Assembly (NCBI GenBank): GCA_964404285.1
Contig: CAYOJK010000007.1
Location: 89,130-153,129 of the forward strand
From: an uncultured bacterium
GTDB lineage: Bacteria; CSSED10-310
Direction: 5' to 3'
Length of the DNA: 64,000 nt
Below the pieces are notes generated by a model that was given only the letters and a program-made list of their open reading frames with translations, did no database searches and was not told the DNA's origin. Both the position numbers and the translations under genes were made by a program. Shown piece by piece: positions 18,474 through 28,021 of the stretch; within the stretch, counting starts at the first letter, position 1, and each line of letters opens with the position of its first letter.

Positions 18474-19307
18474 TTATTCAGCAGGCTCTTCGATGTATTC
18501 TCGAATCAGCTCGATAAAATTCTTGTTTTGCCAAATAGGCTCAAAGTCCTCATCATTCATAGCTGTCTCGATGAATCGTTCATTGCTTTCAGATAAATCC
18601 CACAGGATATCCAACGCTTTTTCATACTCGCCCTGACGGCAATAAATACAGGCAATATTATATTCGGCATCTTCATAACCAGGGTCGAGATCAAGCGCTT
18701 TGTCAAAATGCTCCAGCGCCTCATCGAGCTTACTATTTTCAACAAGCTCGACACCTCGAATATAGTAATCCTCAGAAGTTTTTAGCTCTGAAACAGGCGC
18801 TTTGCTAAGAATTTTTATCCATGATTCCGCTCGGGAAACAATATCCAGCTCTTTAGGAAAATTTTCACGCACAAATATAAATTCCTGCCGTGCCTTTTCC
18901 TTATCCCCCGAATTCAACACTTCGATGGCATTCGTGAATTCCCTAATTGCTCGCTTACGCCTCTCCGTCATCTCAACAGGGCGAAATGGCACGTGAGGCG
19001 GCATCGGAACTTTCACAACTGGAACTTTACAGTTAAGGCGCTTGCGACGAAGCAGGGATTTATCTTCAGGTGTGTCTTTCTTTTGAGTAGAAGAAGAACT
19101 GTTCATATTTGAATCCGATTGAGCGCCGCCTTCCTCTTTACGATGCAAGCCCAATCGGCGTAATTTTCCCTGAATGGATTTTTTAGTGACTTGAAACATA
19201 TCGGCAAGCTCCTGATTATTATAATTCATATAGTTATCTCTAAGAAAAATATTATCTTTTTCATTCCATACTTTTGCCATACAGTCTCTCCTGATAAAGG
19301 TTGGCAA
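18474..19307 (-). CDS. GcrA-like N-terminal DNA-binding domain fused to TPR repeats (putative regulator)
   Basis: The N-terminus W-x2-E-x-D...ELADMFQVTKKSIQGKLRRLGL parallels the GcrA HTH (W..E....L...W..G.S...IA..LG..SRNAVIGKVHRLGL). The C-terminal half is made of TPR repeats. Confidence 0.45.
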   Translation of the reverse strand: MPTFIRRDCMAKVWNEKDNIFLRDNYMNYNNQELADMFQVTKKSIQGKLRRLGLHRKEEGGAQSDSNMNSSSSTQKKDTPEDKSLLRRKRLNCKVPVVKVPMPPHVPFRPVEMTERRKRAIREFTNAIEVLNSGDKEKARQEFIFVRENFPKELDIVSRAESWIKILSKAPVSELKTSEDYYIRGVELVENSKLDEALEHFDKALDLDPGYEDAEYNIACIYCRQGEYEKALDILWDLSESNERFIETAMNDEDFEPIWQNKNFIELIREYIEEPAE

Positions 19308-19936
19308 ACATTACCAACCTCAAGACATTGCAATGTAATGGGTTTTCGAATTCGTGTCAAGACATCCTTCTAACCCCTGTGCATTAATTTTAAGAAACAT
19401 CGTGTTGCTTATTATGCTCCAAGACAACATAAGTAATTCTTTAAAAATCTGCTATGTCCCTATTCTCCAGCTCATCAAACCCATTGTCGATTTACGAAAA
19501 GTGACTGTTTGAAACCCTATAAGTCTTCCCATAAATCCTATTTATACTTTTATTGATTTCTTTTAATTCGAGGTTTCAAAACGTATTTTCTAATTCCTGA
19601 TAATCACTTGTTAAGCCGTTATAAAAAAAAATTGTATTCAGCAGTGGAAGAAAACGGTTGAAGTCTTTAAATATTTCTGCTGATAAAAAATGATTTAACT
19701 GTCAGATCGATCTTATTATCTTGGTTCAATAATTAGAGATTACCTAGATAAACATGTCAATCAAACGAAAAATAATCTGATAAACTTTACAAGTAATGCA
19801 GATTACATTTTCATGATTTAAAATAGGGCCATATAACTGAAATTTTAATCACATGTAAAAGTCAGTTTTTTCTTAATTTATCATGACATACCATGATTAT
19901 CAGGCTTAACGATAGTGATAGTGAATATGGTTATCC

Positions 19937-19965
19937 TTGACGAATTATCCTTTTCGCTCTAAAGT
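19937..19965 (+). promoter_or_regulatory. Candidate sigma70 promoter (TTGACG, 17 nt spacer, TAAAGT) for the DUF507 pair
   Basis: The hexamers lie about 46 nt upstream of the 20012 start, at the 3' edge of a 700-bp AT-rich non-coding stretch. Confidence 0.3.
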
Positions 19966-20011
19966 ATGCATGCTCAAATGGATGTGTTAAACATTTCCAA
20001 GAGGAGGCAAC

Positions 20012-20290
20012 ATGAAGCTAAGGTCATCTCGAATAGAATATATAGCAGGCGCAATAGTGCGTATATTGGCAGAAGAAGAGTTTATTATTGTGTTTGACAA
20101 AGATGACGCTGTTGCTGCTGTGGCTTCCGTTATTTCTGATGATCTTTCAGTTGAAGATCAGTTGGATGAAGAAGTCAGAAAAATACTGGAGGATTACGAG
20201 AAGACAATGGATCTCGGCAATATTCAATATCATGAAATGTTTAAATTGGTAAAAGCGAAACTGATAAAACAAAGAGGCCTCATTTTATAG
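20012..20290 (+). CDS. DUF507 family protein (paralog 1)
   Basis: The 92-aa protein is acidic and helical with typical DUF507 composition. It forms a tandem pair with the next gene. Confidence 0.5.
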   Translation: MKLRSSRIEYIAGAIVRILAEEEFIIVFDKDDAVAAVASVISDDLSVEDQLDEEVRKILEDYEKTMDLGNIQYHEMFKLVKAKLIKQRGLIL

Positions 20291-20300
20291 GAGATAATCG

Positions 20301-20609
20301 ATGCGTTTGTCGGATCAAAAAATCAATCATTTAGCTCTCCTAGTCACAAAGGCCATTGAAAATGGCGTTAGCATGGATGTTTTACGTGAGACAAACGATA
20401 TTCGATTGAGAATTAAACTGATATTGACCGATGAATTAAAACTTGAAAATGAAGTTGATCGAGCTGTCAGACAGACATTTCGTTCCATGAGCAGAGTTCC
20501 TCCTGAAGGGAGTAGGGAGTGGGAGGTCATGTATGAGCAGTTCTATAAGGAACATATGCAGAAGCGACGAGGCTATGGAAAAATTAGGCGTATGACCCAA
20601 GAGAAATGA
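20301..20609 (+). CDS. DUF507 family protein (paralog 2)
   Basis: It is 102 aa and lies 10 nt downstream of paralog 1. Confidence 0.5.
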   Translation: MRLSDQKINHLALLVTKAIENGVSMDVLRETNDIRLRIKLILTDELKLENEVDRAVRQTFRSMSRVPPEGSREWEVMYEQFYKEHMQKRRGYGKIRRMTQEK

Positions 20610-21145
20610 AGCTTCTGGTTTCACCCCCGTCCAGTATTTTTTTCACTGCTATTTTAGCGAAAGATATTACATTGTTTTCCGAAGTGTCTTCACTTTTAGC
20701 GCAAAAACACGGTCAACCTTTGCATAAATTGAAACCGGATTATTTCCAACATACGAACTATTATGTAGCAGAAATGGGGCCTAATCTTGTCAAAGGATTT
20801 TTAGCTTTTGAACCCCCATTTGATCAAAGCGAACTGGTCAATCTAAAACGTGAAACACGAGGATTGGAATGGATGTTCGGACACTATGATAACAAAGACT
20901 TTCGTAGACAAGTCAATATTGATCCGGGATACGTCAGCCTCTACCATGTAGCTCTTGCAACCAGTAAAAACTTCGCGCATCGCTTCTATTTAAGCCAAGG
21001 AATATATGGAGAAGTTACACTATTATATCGAGCCTCCGGATGGGAAATATTACCGTGGACATATCCGGACTACAAAATTCCTCAAGTCCAAGAATTTTTA
21101 TCTCGATGTCGACAATCATTAAAAAAATATATTGATTCTTTCTGA
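20606..21145 (+). CDS. Hypothetical protein (DUF4416-like)
   Basis: The 179-aa ORF overlaps the second DUF507 gene by 4 nt, which suggests an operon. Confidence 0.4.
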   Translation: MKLLVSPPSSIFFTAILAKDITLFSEVSSLLAQKHGQPLHKLKPDYFQHTNYYVAEMGPNLVKGFLAFEPPFDQSELVNLKRETRGLEWMFGHYDNKDFRRQVNIDPGYVSLYHVALATSKNFAHRFYLSQGIYGEVTLLYRASGWEILPWTYPDYKIPQVQEFLSRCRQSLKKYIDSF

Positions 21146-21203
21146 TTCCTATACCCCAATATCCGACAACAATTTTCCTGGTCAACTTAAATACTGATAG
21201 GTA

Positions 21204-21770
21204 TTACAAACGTATGATCTCTGCAGTGGCTTTTCCTGAGTCCAAAGTCAACACAGCTACAGAGTGAAAGGGAGCGAAACGTTTATCGAAAGGACTTCCT
21301 GGATTGATCAACAGACAATCCTGCCACTCATCGATTGCTGGGTTATGTGAATGACCATAGACTATGACGGTAACATTGTCTGCTTCAAATGCTTCAAACA
21401 CACGTGTTTTCAACCCTACAGGAGAACCCCAACCATGTATTAAGCCGACTTTACAGTTTTCTAAATTCAAAATTCTTTTATCTGGCAAATTGGATACTTC
21501 TCCATGAATATCCATATTACCTTTTACTGCGTGAACAGGGGCTAAAATTCTGCAACAATCAAGAACAGATTGATGGGTTATATCCCCTGCATGCAGGATA
21601 AGATCCACTTGACCAAAAGCCTGTTGAATAGGCTTCAAAGTTGATAGCGAACATCCATTCAAATGCGTATCTGACAATAAACCAACCCGCATCATAAATA
21701 AACCCTCCCAACTTGCGACAAAACGCAAAATCAGTTGAAAATTATGTGCTAATCTTCTACCATACGTCAA
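21204..21770 (-). CDS. Metallophosphoesterase (YfcE/MJ0936 family)
   Basis: It has the motifs GLLSDTH, HAGD, GNMD, GHSH. Confidence 0.8.
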   Translation of the reverse strand: MTYGRRLAHNFQLILRFVASWEGLFMMRVGLLSDTHLNGCSLSTLKPIQQAFGQVDLILHAGDITHQSVLDCCRILAPVHAVKGNMDIHGEVSNLPDKRILNLENCKVGLIHGWGSPVGLKTRVFEAFEADNVTVIVYGHSHNPAIDEWQDCLLINPGSPFDKRFAPFHSVAVLTLDSGKATAEIIRL

Positions 21771-21812
21771 CCTGGAAGGTTTGTATACACCAGATAATCC
21801 AAGGAGAAACAG

Positions 21813-23720
21813 ATGTTAAGCACTTTTCGAACAAAAATTAAATTTTGGAGTCACTTTATTCTATGGCCGGTCATTATCTCATTCGTTGCATTTTATGGTT
21901 GGTCGTTTCTATCTCGTCCACAAAAAATCGATACCGCAGCAGCATTGGTCGGAGACGTCGAAATTTCACCCAACCAACTTATTGAAACGCGTCGCCGTAT
22001 TATCCAGTATTACCGAGATATGTATAAAGAAAATTTCGAACAGTACTCCAAACTTTTGGATTTTGACCAGCTTGCACTTGATGCTCTGGTTTTTGATGCC
22101 TTGCTGAATGATGCGGCCGATGAGCTGGGAGTCAAAGTCTCAACCAAGGATATCCAGGATGTTATAAGCTCCAGTCGAGCTTTCCAAATCAACGATAAAT
22201 TCTCGAGTGAGATATATCTGCAAGCCTTAAGGCGTGCCGGTATAACACCAGCACAGTACGAGGCATCAGTCGCTCAGGACCTGAGAAAAAGTCGAACGAG
22301 GTCGTTATTGGGATCATCGGGAGTTATTTCAGATTTTGAATTAAAGAAAATTTTTATTGATCAAAATGTTAAAATCGATACGGATTATTTCATATTCAGG
22401 CCAATGGAATTTAGGGATGCAGTTGAAGATTCACCCGAGCTGGCCAAGCAATATTATGAAGATAACCTCGAGGATTTTCGAGTTGGTGATCAGGTAAAAC
22501 TGAACTATATCCTCTTTGATCCCAAAACAATGGAAGGTGAGGCGGATATTGATGAATTCGATATCGAAGATTATTACGACGCAAATTTCGAGCAATACCA
22601 TGAACCGGAACAGATCAAAGCCAGCCATATCTTGGTTACTGTAAACAATGATGATGACGATGAAACCGTTGAAAAAGCACAACAAAAAACTATCGAAATT
22701 TTGGACAAACTTAAAGCTGGTGAAGATTTTGTCACTTTAGCAAAAGAATATTCGGAGTGTCCTTCTGCGGAAAACGGGGGTGATCTAGGGTATTTTCCCA
22801 AAGGCGCTATGGATCCGGCATTTGAAAATGCAGCTTGGAATCTTGAGCTCAACCAATTGACTGAAGCGCCTGTTCGTTCACAATTTGGTTTTCACATTAT
22901 TCAAAAGACAGGCTATAAAAAAGAAGGTTTAAAATCACTGGAAGACGTTCAGGATCAAATTGAGAAAACCCTGCGTAGCAGTGAAAGCAAAACAATTGCT
23001 ATGAGAAAAGCGCAGCGCTTGTTTGATCAAATTGAACCTTATCTTACCAAACTTGTCGACTTGACCGAAGGTTCAGAAATGACAGTTAAAACCAGCGATT
23101 TTTTTGAACCTAAGACGCCTCCAGGACTATTCGGCTATGCACAGAATCTTGGTGATATTCTTGCCAATCTTGAAAACGATGAAATCAGTATCCCGATAGA
23201 AACATCTGTCGGTGTATTTCTTTTTGAAATTGCTGACACCAGAGAATCCCATATTCCTCCATTTGAAGAAGTCGAAAATAAAGCTAGAACTCAATCCCGA
23301 AACGCAGCGCAAGCAGATCTTGCGCGTAAAAAAGCAGACTCAGTACATACTTTTCTTCTTGACAATCATACGTGGGAAGAAGCTGTTGAAACCTTCGATA
23401 TCAAAACAGAAACAACCGGATCGGTTTCTCGGCAAACAGGAATACCCGCTATCAGAACCGATGAATCTGTTCTAGACGCCTTGTTCGAAATGGAACCGGG
23501 AAAAATTAGTGATGTCTATACTGTCTATAACAACTCTTTCATTTTCCGCGTGACCGAAAAGATTGAGTTTGATCAAAAAGCTTTTGAAGGCGAACTACCC
23601 AAATTACGTCGGCAATCATTAATTGATCGACAGCATCATGCCGTCGATAGTTGGCTGGAACAACGTAAAAGGGAATTGGCACAGCAGGGTAAATACAAAG
23701 TCAATCTACCTGCTTTTTGA
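21813..23720 (+). CDS. ppiD: Periplasmic chaperone / peptidyl-prolyl isomerase PpiD-like (parvulin domain)
   Basis: It has an N-terminal TM anchor and the parvulin block IKASHILV...ENGGDLGYF...FGFHII. It is 635 aa. Confidence 0.75.
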   Translation: MLSTFRTKIKFWSHFILWPVIISFVAFYGWSFLSRPQKIDTAAALVGDVEISPNQLIETRRRIIQYYRDMYKENFEQYSKLLDFDQLALDALVFDALLNDAADELGVKVSTKDIQDVISSSRAFQINDKFSSEIYLQALRRAGITPAQYEASVAQDLRKSRTRSLLGSSGVISDFELKKIFIDQNVKIDTDYFIFRPMEFRDAVEDSPELAKQYYEDNLEDFRVGDQVKLNYILFDPKTMEGEADIDEFDIEDYYDANFEQYHEPEQIKASHILVTVNNDDDDETVEKAQQKTIEILDKLKAGEDFVTLAKEYSECPSAENGGDLGYFPKGAMDPAFENAAWNLELNQLTEAPVRSQFGFHIIQKTGYKKEGLKSLEDVQDQIEKTLRSSESKTIAMRKAQRLFDQIEPYLTKLVDLTEGSEMTVKTSDFFEPKTPPGLFGYAQNLGDILANLENDEISIPIETSVGVFLFEIADTRESHIPPFEEVENKARTQSRNAAQADLARKKADSVHTFLLDNHTWEEAVETFDIKTETTGSVSRQTGIPAIRTDESVLDALFEMEPGKISDVYTVYNNSFIFRVTEKIEFDQKAFEGELPKLRRQSLIDRQHHAVDSWLEQRKRELAQQGKYKVNLPAF

Positions 23721-23754
23721 GGTCTGACCCTTAAACGTCTTTATTGGAGTATTT

Positions 23755-24723
23755 TTGGGAGTGCTTGTACCTTTCCAGAATATCAATTACCTTTTTCATG
23801 AATTTGATCATCAACTATCTGAATATTTGTCTGATATCGATCCTGTTATCAATCAGACTGTTTTGCCCATGATTCTGGAAAAGGGAAAACGTGTTCGACC
23901 CACTTTGGTTTACCTATCAGCAGGAATATGCAACGCTGAATTTTCCCTTCGATGTCATCAATTTGCTATCGTCGTAGAACTGATTCACTCTGCATCATTG
24001 TATCAAGATGATGTTTTAGACCATGCCGAAATTCGTCGAGGACGCCCAAGTTTCAATAGGCTTCTAGGTAATGATACGGCTGTGCTTGTCGGCGACCTTC
24101 TCTACATGAAAGCGATGGCTCTGATGTCTTCACGCAATAAATTCATCAGAGACACTGTCAACCAGACGGTTATTGCGATGATTGAAGCAGAAATTTTTCA
24201 AGGATTGAACCGCTTTGTTATTCTAAGTGAAAAAAAGTATTACGATGTCATTAAAGGTAAGACGGCTGCATTGATGAGCCTTTCTTGTTGGCTGGGAGCA
24301 TCACTTTCTAAAAACAAAAAATGGATGTCCCTATTGGGGCAATACGGCGAAAAATTGGGGGTGGCCTATCAGCTTATTGACGATTTACTGGATTGGACAG
24401 GAAATTATACAAATAAAGGAATATACAGCGATGCTAAAGAAGGCCGCTTCACACTGCCGGCCTTACGTCTGTTGGACACGATGACATCTCAGGAAAAAAA
24501 AATATTTTTAGATGATTTGAACAAGCTTTCTGCCGATATGAAAATGGAAAAATTGCAAAAATATCGTGAAATGATCAATGAAAGAGGTATCGCATCCCGA
24601 ATTCGCGAAGAAGCTGAGCAAATTGTTCTTCAAGCTGCAGATACCCTCTCAGATCTGCCGCAATCTCCCTTTCTAACAAGCCTATGCGAATTATCGAGAT
24701 TACTTATTAAAAGAGGTGAATAA
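23755..24723 (+). CDS. Polyprenyl diphosphate synthase (trans-isoprenyl diphosphate synthase family)
   Basis: It has the first DDxxD (LYQDDVLDH) and the second (LIDDLLDWTG) aspartate-rich motifs. Confidence 0.85.
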   Translation: MGVLVPFQNINYLFHEFDHQLSEYLSDIDPVINQTVLPMILEKGKRVRPTLVYLSAGICNAEFSLRCHQFAIVVELIHSASLYQDDVLDHAEIRRGRPSFNRLLGNDTAVLVGDLLYMKAMALMSSRNKFIRDTVNQTVIAMIEAEIFQGLNRFVILSEKKYYDVIKGKTAALMSLSCWLGASLSKNKKWMSLLGQYGEKLGVAYQLIDDLLDWTGNYTNKGIYSDAKEGRFTLPALRLLDTMTSQEKKIFLDDLNKLSADMKMEKLQKYREMINERGIASRIREEAEQIVLQAADTLSDLPQSPFLTSLCELSRLLIKRGE

Positions 24724-25747
24724 GATGGTAAACAACCCAAACGGAAATCAATATGATCGTGAAGCTTTATATTATGAGAAACGGTCTGAAATGATGCTGC
24801 AATGCCATTTATGCCCACTGGAATGCAGATTGCGACCAGATGAAATCAGCGCCTGTCGATCTAGAAAAAACCAGGATTGTAAAATGTCGCTGACGACATA
24901 CGGCAAAGTCAGCGCCATACATGTTGACCCAATGGAAAAAAAACCTCTGTACCATTTCTTACCTGGCGCCTCCGTTCTATCCCTGGGAAACAATGGATGT
25001 AATCTAAAATGTGCGTTCTGCCAAAATTGGCAACTCTCCCAAACTTCTTTAGAATCTTATGACATGTCACCCGATGATGTCGTGAAATACGCTAAATCCC
25101 ACCATACACCTGCCGTTGCTTTTACCTATGCCGAACCCACTGTCTGGTATGAATACATACTTGATACATCCCGTTTACTGAAAGATGTTGGTATAAAAAC
25201 GATTTTAGTTTCGAACGGTTTTATAAACGAAAAACCTTTTCGAGCGCTTCGTCCTTTAATCGATGCAATAAATATCGATATAAAATCAATGGACGATAGT
25301 TTTTACAAACGGTTATGTAAAGGGTTTCTTGATCCGGTATTGCGAACCTGCGTGTTGGCAGCCGAAACCTGTCATGTTGAAATTACAAATCTGATTATAC
25401 CCGGGGAAAACGATTCAGATGATAATATACATCGGTTAGGCGCTTTTATTCGAGACAATTTGGGTATCAATACACCACTTCATCTTAGCCGATATCATCC
25501 AGCCTATCAGATGAAAACACCTGCAACACCAGAAAAAACGTTACAGAATGCTTTTGCGATCGCTAAACAATATCTCAATTTTGTATATCTTGGAAATATA
25601 GCTACTGACGAAATGAATAAAACACACTGCCCAAAATGTCATCACTGTCTTATCGACCGATCCGGTTATATCCTGAAACATATTTCTGTCAACCCAGATG
25701 GAACCTGCCCTTCCTGTGGATATCAGACAGAAATAACGCCCTCATAA
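24716..25747 (+). CDS. amrS: AmmeMemoRadiSam system radical SAM enzyme
   Basis: It has the CNLKCAFCQNWQLS radical-SAM cluster and an N-terminal Cys-rich QCHLCPLECRL motif. It is 343 aa. Confidence 0.75.
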   Translation: MNKMVNNPNGNQYDREALYYEKRSEMMLQCHLCPLECRLRPDEISACRSRKNQDCKMSLTTYGKVSAIHVDPMEKKPLYHFLPGASVLSLGNNGCNLKCAFCQNWQLSQTSLESYDMSPDDVVKYAKSHHTPAVAFTYAEPTVWYEYILDTSRLLKDVGIKTILVSNGFINEKPFRALRPLIDAINIDIKSMDDSFYKRLCKGFLDPVLRTCVLAAETCHVEITNLIIPGENDSDDNIHRLGAFIRDNLGINTPLHLSRYHPAYQMKTPATPEKTLQNAFAIAKQYLNFVYLGNIATDEMNKTHCPKCHHCLIDRSGYILKHISVNPDGTCPSCGYQTEITPS

Positions 25748-25749
25748 AA

Positions 25750-26325
25750 ATGTTGATTCTCGCTTCCAAATCACCACGTCGTCAATCACTTTTTAATCAG
25801 CTTTCCATCCCCTACAAAGTTGAAGCTCCAAAAAGTGACGAACCTGATTATGATCAAAATGAGACACCTGAGGATTTCGCTTGTAGATGTGCTCTGACGA
25901 AAGCTCATGATGTTTTTTTGCGATATCCGGATGCTGTTGTGTTGGGCGCTGATACCATAGTTGTCATTGGTAAGACAATATTGGGAAAACCCCATTCGAT
26001 CAGTGAAGCTAAAAAGATGATTCAATTCTTATCAGGAAAAGAACATGTCGTAATCACGGGTATTGCATTTCTCCAGCCTTTAAAAGAAAACATTGTTCGT
26101 TATGAAAAAACCCGAGTCATTTTCAGAAATCTGTCTCCTGAAGAAATAAACTGGTATACTCAGTCCGGCGATGGTTTGGATAAAGCAGGAGCTTATGGTA
26201 TTCAATCGCTTGGTGGATTTCTAGTCAAAGAAATCCATGGTGATTGGTTCAACGTCGTGGGTCTCCCAATGCCGATGATATTGGACATGCTGAAACTTGC
26301 TGATATCTGGCCGCCTAGAAAGTGA
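25750..26325 (+). CDS. maf: Maf-like nucleoside triphosphate pyrophosphatase
   Basis: It starts MLILASKSPRRQSLF and has the Maf family blocks GADTIV and AGAYGIQ. I chose an internal ATG at 25750, in frame with ORF-track entry 25636..26325, to avoid overlap with amrS. Confidence 0.85.
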   Translation: MLILASKSPRRQSLFNQLSIPYKVEAPKSDEPDYDQNETPEDFACRCALTKAHDVFLRYPDAVVLGADTIVVIGKTILGKPHSISEAKKMIQFLSGKEHVVITGIAFLQPLKENIVRYEKTRVIFRNLSPEEINWYTQSGDGLDKAGAYGIQSLGGFLVKEIHGDWFNVVGLPMPMILDMLKLADIWPPRK

Positions 26326-26367
26326 AATAATCATGTCAAAACCAAAGAGATTTTACTCAAATGATAT

Positions 26368-28002
26368 ATGGAGGAAGCTATGAGAGGTTTGCCCATTGAA
26401 GAACGTGAAATGGTTCTGGATGTTATCCGAACGCTAAAAAAGCGTATGCTTACACAGAAAAAATTACTTGAGCTGGATGAAACGGAAGCCTTTCCAGAAG
26501 ACATTATCCGCGAACTCCTTGGTCCTGAAATTGGGCTTCAACATGTCTTTATTCCCGAAGAATACGGTGGAATGGGTGGTGGTGCACGTGATATTGCAGC
26601 CGTCTCAGAAGAATTATCACGAATCTGTCTAGGTGTAGCCACGGCCTTTCTGGCCATACACCTAGGTGCAGAGCCCATTATTCTTGGGGGCACAGAAGAA
26701 CAGAAGAACAAGTGGCTGGGTAAAATTGCGGATGAAGGCAGTCTAGTCGCCTTTGCTGTAACCGAACCAGAAGCCGGTAGCAATCTTTCAAACCTAAAAA
26801 CCTATGCAACCCCTATAAAAGATGCATCCGAAGAAATTACGGGCTGGGAAATCACCGGAAACAAACAATTTATTTCCAATGGCGGTTATGCTGACTTTCT
26901 TACTATTCTAGCTGAAACACCGAATGGCCCAACCTTTTTTATTGTTGAAAAAAATACTCCAGGATTTAAACCCGGTAAACCGGAGTCCAAACATGGGATC
27001 CGCTGCTCAAACACCAGCCCCCTTGTACTTGACCATGTCCAAGTGTCTCCTGATCATCTAGTTGGAGGTGTCCCTGGTGAAGGTTTGAAACAGTCAAATG
27101 CGGTTTTTGGTTACACGCGCCTAATGGTAGCTGCTTTTGGCTTGGGTGCGGGTTGTGAAGCTATAGAACGAGCTATTTTATATGCAAAAGAAAGAGTTCA
27201 ATTTGGAACACTTCTGATTGAAAAAAGTGGTTATACACACAAACTTCTCGTTCCTGCCTGGGTCAAACTTGAAGCTGCCAGAGCGTATATTGAGCAAACG
27301 GCAGCGGTAATTGATTCAGGGGAAAGTGATTGTGAAGTTGAAGGCGCCATAGCAAAATATTTTGCAACCGAGGTGGGCAACCAGGCAGCAGAAATGGCCA
27401 TTCAAGCTTTCGGTGGATACGGCTATATGAAGGAATATGAAATTGAAAAGATTAAAAGAGATGTCCGTATCACGACGATTTATGAAGGCACGAGCGAAAT
27501 ACAACAGATGATTATTGGAACGTATCGCTGGCGTACAACGATTCGGAAAAAAGGTGAGTTTTATCAAAACATCGCCAAAATAATGGATGAAATCCATGAA
27601 AAGCAACCGGATATTGGCGCAACCTATGTCGCTCAGGCTACTCGATTGCTGAACAAATTGATTTTAGATCTTCATAATATCAAATTAACCCGTCACCAAC
27701 ATGTCATGTTTACACTTGCCGACCTGATGACCTATGTTGAAATCGCGGCAGCTATTGTTCAAAAAGTTCATTCTCACCCTAACAGAGAGAGCGTACATTA
27801 TAAACGCACATTTCTAAGTTCACGGATTTTCACTGCAAATGTAGCTGCACAAGCCAGGCTGATCGCAGAACAACTGATGTTGGGAACAGACAAGATATCT
27901 TCGGAATCAGCTTTCGCTTTTCTACAAGATAACACTGCAGGCCTAATAGCAGCTTCTAATGGCGTAATCCAAGACATGGATGCCTTGGTACTACTTCTTT
28001 AA
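26368..28002 (+). CDS. Acyl-CoA dehydrogenase family protein (with C-terminal extension)
   Basis: It has N-terminal, middle and C-terminal ACAD domains, a catalytic-base region YxxEGTSEIQ, and about 150 aa of extra C-terminal sequence. Confidence 0.85.
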   Translation: MEEAMRGLPIEEREMVLDVIRTLKKRMLTQKKLLELDETEAFPEDIIRELLGPEIGLQHVFIPEEYGGMGGGARDIAAVSEELSRICLGVATAFLAIHLGAEPIILGGTEEQKNKWLGKIADEGSLVAFAVTEPEAGSNLSNLKTYATPIKDASEEITGWEITGNKQFISNGGYADFLTILAETPNGPTFFIVEKNTPGFKPGKPESKHGIRCSNTSPLVLDHVQVSPDHLVGGVPGEGLKQSNAVFGYTRLMVAAFGLGAGCEAIERAILYAKERVQFGTLLIEKSGYTHKLLVPAWVKLEAARAYIEQTAAVIDSGESDCEVEGAIAKYFATEVGNQAAEMAIQAFGGYGYMKEYEIEKIKRDVRITTIYEGTSEIQQMIIGTYRWRTTIRKKGEFYQNIAKIMDEIHEKQPDIGATYVAQATRLLNKLILDLHNIKLTRHQHVMFTLADLMTYVEIAAAIVQKVHSHPNRESVHYKRTFLSSRIFTANVAAQARLIAEQLMLGTDKISSESAFAFLQDNTAGLIAASNGVIQDMDALVLLL

Positions 28003-28021
28003 TCCGTAGGGGGAGGTTCTT

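Noticed and set aside
25636-25749. N-terminal 38-aa extension of the maf ORF as given by the ORF track.
   Set aside because: The extension overlaps the 3' end of the radical-SAM gene in another frame. An ATG at 25750 gives the canonical Maf N-terminus (MLILASKSPRR).
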